A stretch of DNA of 63,887 bases, counting the filler, from Octopus bimaculoides (lineage: Eukaryota): assembly GCF_001194135.2 (NCBI RefSeq). It is 7 parts of 7 records of this genome, joined end to end, with 100 filler letters (N's around TTAATTAATTAA, not from the genome) between each part and the next. Parts side by side here need not be neighbours in the genome. Positions count along the whole stretch, not along the records: positions 37,393 to 61,356 come from NC_068993.1; positions 61,457 to 63,887 come from NC_068997.1; 5 more parts are not named here. One strand, given 5' to 3'. Made by a program: the position numbers and the translations under genes. The notes under the pieces are model-generated. The model searched no databases and was not told the DNA's origin. It was given only the letters and a program-made list of their open reading frames with translations. Below are positions 52,227-63,841 of the stretch, piece by piece (the stretch's first letter is position 1; the number at the start of each line of letters is the position of its first letter).

Positions 52227-54990
52227 TCATCATCATTATCGTTTAACGTCCGCTTTCCATGCTAGCATGGGTTGGACGATTTGACTGAGGACTGGTGAAA
52301 ACCAGATGGCTACACCAGGATTCAATCTGATTTGGCAGAGTTTCTACAGCTGGATGCCCTTCCTAACGTCAACCACTCAGAGAGTGTAGTGGGTGCTTTT
52401 ATGTGCCACCGGCATGAAGGCCAGTCAGCGGGGTACTGGCAATGGCCACGCTTGAAATTGTGTATTTTACGTGCCACCTGCACAGGAGCCAGTCCAGCGG
52501 GACTGGCAACGAACTCGCTCAAATGTCTTTTCACCTGCCAGGAAGGCGACGTTGGTAACGGTCACGCTCAAATGGTGCTATTTACGTGCCANNNNNNNNN
52601 NNNNNNNNNNNNNNNNNNNNNNNNNNNNNNNNNNNNNNNNNNNNNNNNNNNNNNNNNNNNNNNNNNNNNNNNNNNNNNNNNNNNNNNNNNNNNNNNNNNN
52701 NNGAGTTACTGGTACTGGTGCCATCACGATTTCGCATTCGCTTGCCCCAACAGGTCTTCGCAAGCCGAGTTTAGTGTTCAACGAAGATGTTGGAATGGGT
52801 GCCAGTCTACAAATTTAGTTCGATTTCACTTGCCTCAACAGGTCTTCGCAAGCGGAGTTTAGTATCCAAAGAAGGAATATTACGCATAAGTAGGCTGGCT
52901 ACATCCCTGGCAAGGCCTTGGATTTTGGTCTCACTTGGCTTGCCGGGTCTTCTCACGCACAACATATTTCCAAAGGTCTTGGTCAGAAGTCATTGCCTCG
53001 GTGAGACCTAAAGTTCAGAGGTTGTGCTTCACCACCTCATCCCAGGTCTTCCTGGGCCTGCCTCTTCCACGGGTTCCCTCAACCGCTAGGGTGTGGTACT
53101 TTTTCACACAGCTATCATCATTCATTCTCGCCACATGTCCATATCAGCCCAATCGTCTCTCTTGCACACCACAACTAATGCTTCTTAGGTCCAACTTTTC
53201 TCTCAAGATACTTACCCTCTGTCGGGTATGCACACTGACATTACACATCTATCAGAGCATACTGGCTTCATTCCTTGCGAGCTTACGCATGTCCTCAGCA
53301 GTCAAGGCCCATGTTTCACTGCCATGTAGCATGGCTGTTCGTACACATGTGTCATACAGTCTGCCTTTTACTCTGAGCGAGAGGCCCTTTGTCGCCAGCA
53401 AAAGTAAGAGCTCTCTGAACTTTGCCCAGGCTATTCTTATTCTAGCAGCTACACTTTCAGCGCACCCACCCCCACNNNNNNNNNNNNNNNNNNNNNNNNN
53501 NNNNNNNNNNNNNNNNNNNNNNNNNNNNNNNNNNNNNNNNNNNNNNNNNNNNNNNNNNNNNNNNNNNNNNNNNNNNNNNNNNNNNNNNNNNNNNNNNNNN
53601 NNNNNNNNNNNNNNNNNNNNNNNNNNNNNNNNNNNNNNNNNNNNNNNNNNNNNNNNNNNNNNNNNNNNNNNNNNNNNNNNNNNNNNNNNNNNNNNNNNNN
53701 NNNNNNNNNNNNNNNNNNNNNNNNNNNNNNNNNNNNNNNNNNNNNNNNNNNNNNNNNNNNNNNNNNNNNNNNNNNNNNNNNNNNNNNNNNNNNNNNNNNN
53801 NNNNNNNNNNNNNNNNNNNNNNNNNNNNNNNNNNNNNNNNNNNNNNNNNNNNNNNNNNNNNNNNNNNNNNNNNNNNNNNNNNNNNNNNNNNNNNNNNNNN
53901 NNNNNNNNNNNNNNNNNNNNNNNNNNNNNNNNNNNNNNNNNNNNNNNNNNNNNNNNNNNNNNNNNNNNNNNNNNNNNNNNNNNNNNNNNNNNNNNNNNNN
54001 NNNNNNNNNNNNNNNNNNNNNNNNNNNNNNNNNNNNNNNNNNNNNNNNNNNNNNNNNNNNNNNNNNNNNNNNNNNNNNNNNNNNNNNNNNNNNNNNNNNN
54101 NNNNNNNNNNNNNNNNNNNNNNNNNNNNNNNNNNNNNNNNNNNNNNNNNNNNNNNNNNNNNNNNNNNNNNNNNNNNNNNNNNNNNNNNNNNNNNNNNNNN
54201 NNNNNNNNNNNNNNNNNNNNNNNNNNNNNNNNNNNNNNNNNNNAACTTGATACCTCTGTAATTATTTGTGTCTAAAGCGTCACCTTTACCTTTGTAACAG
54301 TTGATTATGGTGCTGCTACACCAGTCATTGGGTATGACTCCTTCGTGTACCACCTGGTTAACAATACGGGTAACTAGGCTATAGCTGACACTGCCAGATA
54401 TTTTGAGCATCTCTGCAGTGATTCCTGATGGGCCAGGGGCTTTCCCTGTCTTCATACTCATAATTGCTTTATCTACCATGGAACTGTTAACTCGGATAGC
54501 TGGTCCCTCTGTTGGGTCGACATTTGGCAGACTCTCTTTCTCCCATTCATTCTCTTTGTTGAGCAATCTTTCATAGTGACGTCTCCAAACCTCTTTCTTA
54601 GCGGCCTCATTTAGAGCAAGCGTACCATCATCCATGCGAACACATTTCTCTCCCACGACATCACAATTCTCTCTCACACACTGTCTTGCAACACGAAATA
54701 CTTCAAGTCCTCACGACGCAGAACGTTGGCAAACTTCTTCTTGTCTGCTTCCCCTCTGGCTAGATAAACCTGTCTCTTAGCTTCCCTTCTAGCAGTCTGA
54801 TACACTTCCCTGCTACCTCCATTCTTCCAGTCCTTCCAAGCCTGTTTCTTTTGTCTCATAGCCCTGTCAACCACACTGTTCCACCACCAAGTTACTTTGG
54901 GGCGAGAGGGGACTTTACACCAGCCACAGATCTTGTCGGTGGCACTCAGCAGGTTGTCCCGAAGGAACCTCCAGTTGTCTTCTATGTTGT
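52227..54990 (-). mobile_element. RTE-clade LINE, 5'-truncated, with RT, 3'UTR and (GAT)n tail
   Basis: TWWWN, MKTGKAPGPSGITAEMLK, WCSSTIINCYKGKGDALDTNNYRGIK, LYDTCVRTAMLHGSETW, YGHVARM and GRGRPRKTW peptides; tail at ~52227-52240; two N gaps inside. Confidence 0.94.
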
Positions 54991-55020
54991 ATATATATAT
55001 ATATATATACATATATATAT

Positions 55021-55990
55021 AAGTACCTTGAGAGAAGAGTTGGACCTAAGAAGCATCAGTTGTGGTGTGCAAGAGAGACGATTGCACTGGTATGGTCACG
55101 TGGCGAGAATGGATGAGGATAACTGTGTGAAAAGGAACCACACCCTAGCAGTTGAGGGAACCTGTAGAAGAGGTAGACCTGGGAAGACCTGGGATGAAGT
55201 GGTGAAGCACAACCTTCAAACATTACGCTTCACCGAGGCAATGACTAGTGACCGAGACATTTGGAAATATGCTGTGCATGAGAAGACTCAGCAAGACAAG
55301 TGAGACCATAACCCGTGGCCTTTACCAGGGGTGTAGCCAGCCACTTATGCGTACCTTTCCTTCTTGGACACAAAACTCTGCTTGCAAAGACCTGTTGAGG
55401 CAAGTGAAATCGAAATCGAACCAAATTCAACGACTGGCACTTATGCCAACCTTCCTTCATTGGACACTAAACTCTGCTTGCGAAGACCTGTTGGGGCAAG
55501 TGAAATCAAAATTGAACTAAATTCGATGACTAGTACCCGTGCCAGTGGAGCGCTAACAGCACCATCTGAGCGGGATCACTACCAGAGCAGCTGACTGGCT
55601 TCCGTGCCGGTGGCACGTAAAAAGCATCATTTGAGCATGATCGTTACCATCGTCGCCTTACTGGCACTTGTGCCGGTGGCATGTGAACAAAACATTCGAG
55701 TGAGGTCATTACCAGTGCTGCTAGACTGACTCGTGTGGAGGTGGCACGTAAAAAACACCATTTGAATGTGGCTGTTGCCAGTACCGCCAGACTGGTCCTC
55801 ATGCCAGTGGCATGTAAAAGCACCCACTACACTTTTGGAGAGGTTGGCGTTAGGAAGGGCATCCAGCTGTAGAAACTCTGCCAGATCAGATTGGAGCCTG
55901 GTGCAGGCATCTGGTTTGCCAGTCCTCAGTCAAATCGTCCAACCCATGCTAGCATGGAAAGCGGACGTTAAACGACGACGATGATGAAGA
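55021..55990 (+). mobile_element. RTE-clade LINE 3' portion in the opposite orientation
   Basis: LREELDLRSISCGVQERRLHWYGHVARM...GRPGKTWDEVV...QQDK*, then 3'UTR with about 95-bp and 70-bp tandem modules and a GAC/GAT tail. Confidence 0.93.
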
Positions 55991-56349
55991 AGAAGCAAAA
56001 GTAATTAATAAATCTAGGCACATATCTAGAAAGCACTCAGTGTTGAATGAACTTGGTTAATTACACCAAACTGATATCAATAAATTCAAGTAGGCACCAT
56101 CAAGATTTCATAACTCTACCACAGAGATGTTTAAACAGAATGGGTAACCTTTTAAAATTATTATCCTGCTTTAATGAGAGAAGAAAAAGTAACAGCCATG
56201 ACTCTTTACCTGACTTGTTAGACTGGGGAGAAGAAATTCTTCTCAGACTGAAGACCTGGCCTAAATGCTTTTGTAACAGACAGAATGGACTCTACTAAAA
56301 GCACCCTGGGTGGTGTTAAACAGAATAGTAAATTAAATCTATCATTCGT

Positions 56350-56680
56350 GACCGTTGCCAGTACCGCCTGACTGGCCTTCGTAGGGTTTTCGAGCGAGAT
56401 CGTTGCCAGTGCCCCTGGACTGGCTCTTGTGCGGGTGACACATAAAAGACACCATTTCGAGCGTGGCCGTTGCCAGTACCGCCTGACTGGCCTTCGTGCA
56501 GGTGACACGTAAAAGCACCCACTACACTCTCTGAGTGGTTGGCGTTAGGAAGGGCATCCAGCTGTAGAAACTCTGCCAAATTAGATTGGAGCCTGGTGTT
56601 GCCATCCGGTTTCACCAGTCCTCAGTCAAATCGTCCAACCCATGCTAGCATGGAAAGCAGATGTTAAACGATGATGATGA
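56350..56680 (+). mobile_element. RTE 3'UTR copy
   Basis: Same 3' terminus and (GAT)n tail as 55021-55990. Confidence 0.88.
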
Positions 56681-57229
56681 GTTTCACAGAACTCAAGATT
56701 GTTTTTCTATCAACTTTGGTAACTATTCTGTGATATTACTTCAAAGGTTTAGTTTGGTGATAAAGGAAACTTTGAATTATTCTGCTCTGGTCCATTTCTG
56801 ATGAACTAGTTTCTATTCTTGTTGTTATTTTGACTTAGTGATATGGTAATAGGGTTTCTTCCTGGATATGTATGGTTCCATTTGCTTCAGTTTCAATGCT
56901 AAATTGTTTCCATGTTTATTTTACAATTCTAGACATTTTTTGGAAGATATGGAATATTCATTAAACTTTAATATCATAGCTATCTTTCATCTTGTTTCAC
57001 TCATTTTGACTGTGGCCATGCTAGGGCACCACCTTGACAGGATTTTTTAGTTGAACAAATCAACTCCTCAACTTATTGTTTTTTTAAACCTAGTACTTAT
57101 TCTATCAGTCTCTTTTGCCAAACCACTAAGTTACAGGGATGTAAACACACCAACACCAGTTGTCAAGCTGTGTGTGTGAAACAAACACAGATGCAAAGAC
57201 ACACATACATAGATATACATGCATATATC

Positions 57230-57710
57230 ATTGTCATCATTTAGCATCTGTTTTGCATGCTGGCATGGGTGAGATAGTTTGACTGGAACTGGTAAGTCAG
57301 AGAGCTGCATGAAAATCCAGTTTGTTTTGTCTTGGTTTCTATGGCTGGGTGCCCTTCCTGATGCCAACCACTCCACAGAGTGTACTGGGTGCCGTTTTTG
57401 TGTTACTGGCATGGGTGCCTTTTACACGTTACCAGCATTGGCCACAATTATAATTTCATTTAACTTGTCTTCTGAAGCACAACAAATTGCCAAAAGTCTC
57501 AATCACTGGTTGTTGCTTCTGTGAGACTCAGTATCCAAAAATCATATTTCAACACCTCTTCCCACATCCACCTGGGTCTACCTCTTCCACAGGTTCTTTT
57601 CATGGTTAGAGATTGGCACTTCTTTACACAGCTGTCCTTGTCCATATGCATCACATGGCCATACTAGCACAGCCTTCTCTCTTGCACACTACATCTGATG
57701 CCTGCTATAC
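57230..57710 (-). mobile_element. RTE 3' fragment
   Basis: Tail-proximal 3'UTR plus decayed thumb-region sequence homologous to 53000-53200. Confidence 0.75.
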
Positions 57711-57885
57711 TCAATTTTATATGATAGTGTCAGTGTCTTGAGATATATACACACATATGTATATATATATGTATTGATTTTATTGACATTGTCAAGATTT
57801 GATTAAAATGGGGAATGGTCATCTTCAAAGATTTTAAAGGGTTAATTGATTTATTTACATTTTTAAATGTTTATTTCCATTAAAG

Positions 57886-58056
57886 GTTTTAAATGAAGAA
57901 GAAATTGCCCTGGCTGCCAACAATGAATACAATTTTGACCATCCTGATGCCTTTGACTTCGATTTACTTTTCCAAACATTGAAGAGGTTAAAGAAAGGCA
58001 AAATAGTTGAGGTTCCAGTTTACAACTTCACCACTCATGCCAGAGAAAAACAAACA
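57886..58056 (+). CDS. UCKL1: UCKL1 coding exon C
   Basis: cattaaag| and |gtgagt boundaries, 171 nt. [57 protein letters not shown] contains the NFDHPDAFD motif and the Y-x4-H base-recognition motif. Confidence 0.96.
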
Positions 58057-58719
58057 GTGAGTTGAGAAATAGTTTTCTGTTATACATCATCATTACCAAT
58101 GATTCATACATTGCTTCCACATCTGGGACTGTGTTGTGACTACACATACAGACGTCCTAGACCAATATTGTGCAAAAAAAAAAAAGATCTGACCAATTGG
58201 TCTGAAGTCTTAAACCATTACATTGCAAACTCTGAGCCATAGGAAGGTTGTGTCTCCTCAGTTCACTTTTTCTACTACTACTACTACTACTACAATGGCC
58301 TCTATTTCTTAGAACTGAATAGTCTCGTACTGGCTCCACTCAACCCCTAAATCTTGTGCCATCTCCACTCAAATACTCCTTACTCACTTCTCTCTTTTAT
58401 CTTTCATGTTATGTCTCCCTCACTAACCCCTACACTATTCTATATACCCAGTCCTTATTCTCTACAGCATCAGTCCTCTGGAATTCCCTCTCTATCCAAC
58501 TGCTGTGGCTCTTCATGAGGACCTACTATGTCACCCCTAGCAGTCTCGAACCTGCTTAAGCCATGGACACAATCATTACCTTTAAAACAAACCATTAAAA
58601 ATATCCCATCATCTTGTATTTGAAAAATGAAATCCCTTTTTATTAAGTTACATATATGAAGTTTAGATATGATCTTAGAATAATGATGATTATTTTTTTG
58701 TATTTTTCTATTTTTGTAG

Positions 58720-58791
58720 AAAACTCTGTATGGTGCCAATGTAGTGGTGTTTGAAGGGATCCTGGCATTTGTAAATAAGAAAATTCGGGAT
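58720..58791 (+). CDS. UCKL1: UCKL1 coding exon D
   Basis: Polypyrimidine tract then gtag| and |gtaagt, 72 nt. KTLYGANVVVFEGILAFVNKKIRD matches UCKL1 KTLYGANVIIFEGI. Confidence 0.95.
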
Positions 58792-59221
58792 GTAAGTTTT
58801 TTAATTAATTTTTTTCTCCAATAGCATACATTATTACTGTGTAATTGTGACATTGTATAAATTTTGTTCTAGATGTGTAAGTTGAAATTTTTTTCATAGA
58901 ATTTCTTCCGTAATGTTTGTTTAAAAGTTTTTTAATATTATTTAAAAAATTTTCCAGATTTTTTTTTGTATTCTGTCTTGCTTTAACTATTTTATGTCTA
59001 AATTTCTGAAATGACTTCCATCAGCCAATTTCTTTACTTAATGTATGATGTAAGCACTTGTTCCTTAACTCAATACTGATGCTTTACTACAAATTCTTCT
59101 ACTTCACTTCTAGAACTTCTTTTTACAGACTTTGGACTCCCTTCCCATTCCTGAAAGTTATTAATTTGTGTCTCTGTGGGATAAGCTTAATATGGCTGAT
59201 CTTTTTATTGAATTTTTACAG

Positions 59222-59411
59222 TTACTGGACATGAAAATATTTGTAGATACTGATTCTGATGAATGTCTTGCCAGACGCCTAAGAAGGGATATTGCTGAAC
59301 GAGGACGAGATCTTCATGGCATTCTGAAGATGTACAACAAATTTGTGAAACCTTCCTTTGATTATTACATCGCTCCAACCATGAGTTATGCTGACATTAT
59401 TGTTCCACATG
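59222..59411 (+). CDS. UCKL1: UCKL1 coding exon E (lid region)
   Basis: ttttacag| and |gtaaac, 190 nt. [64 protein letters not shown]. No following exon is found before the scaffold ends at 61356. Confidence 0.96.
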
Positions 59412-60158
59412 GTAAACTATTTAATAGTGTCTTCTGTTACATCAACAAGACAACCTTTGGATGGCCATTGTTGGAATGCTTTTGATCATAAGCCTTCTTC
59501 ATTGGGCCAACCTAGAGTTAAACAATAACTACCATTATAGAACTGTTTATTTGTTGATATATCTTGAATGTTTTAGGTAAAGGCAACTGTTTCAATAGAT
59601 GTTTACAATCTCATTTATTTCTATGTAACTGTAGGAGTGGGTTTTGCAAAGGAGGTTCAATTCCCAGATGAGCCATTGCATTTCACTTTCATTAATTCTT
59701 AGGACTTCCAATTTCCAACCAGAGTCAATGGCCATTTTTACCTCAGATCTAGGGCCTCCATTAGTCAGAGTTGGCCATGCATCTTTATGCACAAGGTTCA
59801 TTTTTTTCACTTTTTAAAGAGTATTGGTTTCCTTTGTATGCAGGTCTCTCTTTTTTGTGCCACCAATAATGTCAAGGCTGGTACAGTTTGGTACCAGTGT
59901 CATCAGAGGTGTAACTGGCAGAACACAGAACAAGTTTATCGTCTCATCCAACACTGTAACAGTTCTGTTAAGCCACTGCCTTGGAATGGTATTTTTTCTT
60001 TTATTGACCTAAAAAGGATGGAAAGCAAATTTGGCTTTGGTGGAATTTGAACTCACTGCACTGAGCATTGGAACAAATACCACAAGGCATTCTACTCAGT
60101 GCTCTAATAACTCTGCCTGTCTACATTTTCAGATAACATAATGCCTGCTAGTGTTTAA

Positions 60159-60586
60159 CCCTTTTGATACTAATCCGGCTGAAACTGCCTCTTGGACTGT
60201 AATACAAATGTCTTGTTTTCAAAAGTTCTGAATTAGAATCTTCCACCAAACCTTGGTTACAATTTATGTTCCTAACACCAGCTTAAAGATAACTAAGTTC
60301 ATCATCATCATCATCATCATCATCGTCGTTTAACGTCCGCTTTCCATGCTAGCATGGGTTGGACGATTTGACTGAGGACTGGTGAAACCAGATGGCTACA
60401 CCAGGCTCCAATCTGATTTGGTAGAGTTTCTACAGCTGAATGCCCTTCCTAACGCCAACCACTCAGAGAGTGTAGTGGGTGCTTTTACGTGCCACCGGTA
60501 CAAAGGCCAGTCAGGCGGTACTAGCAACGGCCACGCTCAAAATGGTAAACACAGAGCATCTCAACAAAAGTATGATAACAAAAGGG
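60159..60586. mobile_element. piggyBac-type MITE interrupted by an RTE 3'-end copy (60299-60546, minus)
   Basis: TTAA (60155-58) CCCTTTT ... AAAAGGG TTAA (60587-90); both halves align to 6517-6734. Confidence 0.87.
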
Positions 60587-61356
60587 TTAAGTTTGACATT
60601 CTTATAGATATGGTGCCCTTAGGCTTCCATAGAGGTTCATCATTCAATAATTTACTGAAGATTTTACTGGGTCACCTCAGCACACTGTATATGAGGCACA
60701 GTGCATTATATAAATGTTAGTACTCAACTGGGGTTAATAATCTTAATCTTTAGTTACAGTTTCTCATTCAAACTACATAATAGGCAGAATTGTCGAATTA
60801 AGACAGTAGGGTGTTTTGAGGAAGATTTGGCTGCTATTTCTACCAGGTGTAGCTACCGTGTAGAGGTCTGAACTTAATTTTCATTCACATCTTTGCATTT
60901 CAAAAATTTAACATAATCTTTTCCATAAATCAACTATCATAAAAATTTTATACGATGACTTCACATTTTCTATGTGTGTGTACCTTAGAAGACGTCAATC
61001 ACGACACACACCTTCACTCACTCACTCTCTCTCTCTTTCTCTCTCACATACACACATGCAAGCACGCACACACACGCACATGTCCATTTCATATATCTTC
61101 TTTCAATTTCTGCTCTCTGCAAATAAAATTTTTTATGGATACAACTGCTTACAAAAATTGGGATTAATGTAAAATTTCTTTCTATGGTCACAATTAAATC
61201 AATGTTCTAATGATTAGACAGAGGTCCAATAAAAATAGCTCTCAGAAACAGACTACATACAAATACGTCAATCATATATATATGTATATATTTATATATG
61301 TGTATATATATATATGTATATATGTATGTATGTGTGTGTATATATATATATATATA

Positions 61357-61456
61357 NNNNNNNNNNNNNNNNNNNNNNNNNNNNNNNNNNNNNNNNNNNN
61401 TTAATTAATTAANNNNNNNNNNNNNNNNNNNNNNNNNNNNNNNNNNNNNNNNNNNN
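61357..61456. other. Artificial scaffold linker
   Basis: Same pattern, core 61401-61412. Confidence 0.95.
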
Positions 61457-61795
61457 TATATATATATACGCATATGCATATATATATGTGTATGTGTGTG
61501 GATTTATATGGGTGAAAAAGTTGGTTCTCCAATGACAAAAATCAAAGCGGACATCGTTGTTAGCCTCTGCAGCTAAAGTTCAGTCCGTCACATTCACTGT
61601 GTTTATTATAGAAAATATTTTGAGTGACGTGCGTCGATTTTATGATGATCCGATCTTGGACGGATATTTCTTTTCTTTTTTAATATGGATGCGATATTAT
61701 TCTTTATAAGTATGAAGCAGACATTTAAAAATACATATTGCATACACATAAATTCATTCAATCAGTAAGTAGCACTCACACGCACAAATCTCTCT

Positions 61796-61850
<55 letters not shown>

Positions 61851-61868
61851 ATATATATATATATATGT

Positions 61869-61899
<31 letters not shown>

Positions 61900-62021
61900 T
61901 AGATAGATAGCTAGATAGATAGATAGATAGATAGATACACACACTCACACAGATATATATGTATATACACACATATATATTCACGTATGTATGTACATGC
62001 AAACATACTTTTGCATGTATG

Positions 62022-62070
<49 letters not shown>

Positions 62071-62080
62071 NNNNNNNNNN

Positions 62081-62128
<48 letters not shown>

Positions 62129-62569
62129 GAGAGACATACAGACAGAGACAGAGAGACAGAGACCGACAGACAGAGAGTGAAAGATAGAGAGAAAAAGACG
62201 ACAGAAACGAAAATAATGATGAAGGGGAAGGAATTGAAAGATGCATAGAGACATATATTGTGATACACTATATCGCAAATCTTGCCCCTAAATTCATAAT
62301 TTATATACTAAATATAGTTTATCAGCAGATTAATATGCGTTATGAAGTTCTCATGTTGCTAACTCAATAACTGAAATGCCTATTTTAAAACTGTGATCAT
62401 ATTTATATAAACTTTTCCTACCGAGCTCAAGAATTTCATTGTATTTGACTGGTCAATAGGTCATCACTGGTTGGAATATTGGTTTAAACTTTAAAGCTTC
62501 TATTTAATCAATGACGAGTATATATGCTAAATATAATTACTGTATTGAAGTATTATGAATATTACCAGT

Positions 62570-62800
62570 TCAGTCTAAGAAAATATCTGTGATTGTACCG
62601 CTAAAAATATTTGTTAAATCTTCCTCAAATTTTTTCATTGCTAAGAAAGACCTACTGGACGATGCAATGCCAAGCGAAAGGCATATTTTGACAATGTATT
62701 CTGCCGTTTTTAATACGCAATATAAGAGAGCTTCAACGCTGATATAACTTCGATCTGGTTGGTCTCTTAGATAAGAAGTCATTAAGATTAAACAACAGCT
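62570..62800 (-). mobile_element. Possible hAT transposase C-terminal dimerisation-domain remnant
   Basis: IVKICLSLGIASSSRSFLAMKKF resembles LxKIxLTLPxSSASxERSFSAMK (Dimer_Tnp_hAT), but the ER residues are incomplete. Confidence 0.45.
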
Positions 62801-63787
62801 ATAGCAACCAAAGAACTGGCAGAATTATCAGCACGTCGGACAAAATGAGTAACGGCATTTCGTCTCTCCGTTCATTCTGTGTTCAAATCACCCCGAGGAC
62901 GACTGTGCCGTTCATTTCTTCAATTCGGTAAAGTAAGTACCAGTGATTTACTGGGGTTTAATGCAATCAGTTAGATTCCTACCCGCAAAGATCTCAGGAC
63001 TTGTGCTTTTAGGAGACGGATTATTAGTATTTATTTACAAGCATACTGTCGTATTTACGTAAAACCCCTCACACACTGTCCTCTCAAATTATATGATGAG
63101 GAACAACAAATATGGTGTCCTTTGGTAAATGGCGATTTTATATGCACTGGATAATAAGCTTGCATTTCAGTTGACTGATACCCAAATGAATATGTGCCTT
63201 ATGCTGATATCTCAAGACGGGTAAACTACTGATAAGGAAAGTGTGTAGTGCGATGTTTGATGAGATGAGATGATGAGATAGAGATTGATACAGTTGAATA
63301 AACGGGGGCATTAGTTGGGTTTCAATGTGGGGGATATGCTTCTTAATGGTTCAAAAGAGGAAAATTAGTTAGCGTAATGATGGAAGCGCTGAGAGAGAAC
63401 GAACTGAATATCTGCTTGTAGCTTGTTCGTGTGAAGATATTTACGAATGATACAAAATATTTAGGAAGTTTGTATGAGTGGAAAAAGCATTATATTATCT
63501 CAGTTATGTGAACAGCATTCTTCTTTGAAGGTACGTTTAAGACTTGCTGGCATTTATCAAATTATCGAAGCAGGAATATGGCACGATTTTGAACAGGACA
63601 CTTAATGTTAGTGATACGTTTTGGCACCGTAATGTTTTAGATATCAGAGATATTATTTATAACTAATTAATCTTCATTTCATTTTTCATTGGCAGGGAAA
63701 ATTTAAATGAAGATTGGTTGTAGTTGAGTAATGTTGAACGTTACAACTTTGTCTTCCTCCAAATGGAGATGGGTGGAATTAAACCAG

Positions 63788-63841
<54 letters not shown>

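Noticed and set aside
55335-55830. CRISPR-like repeat-spacer array
   Set aside because: The units belong to a LINE 3'UTR, spacers are mutually homologous, no cas genes are present and the genome is eukaryotic.
52227-55990. Single twin-primed (5'-inverted) LINE insertion
   Set aside because: Both halves contain the same 3' end with their own tails and differ in sequence, which indicates two insertions or a misjoin.
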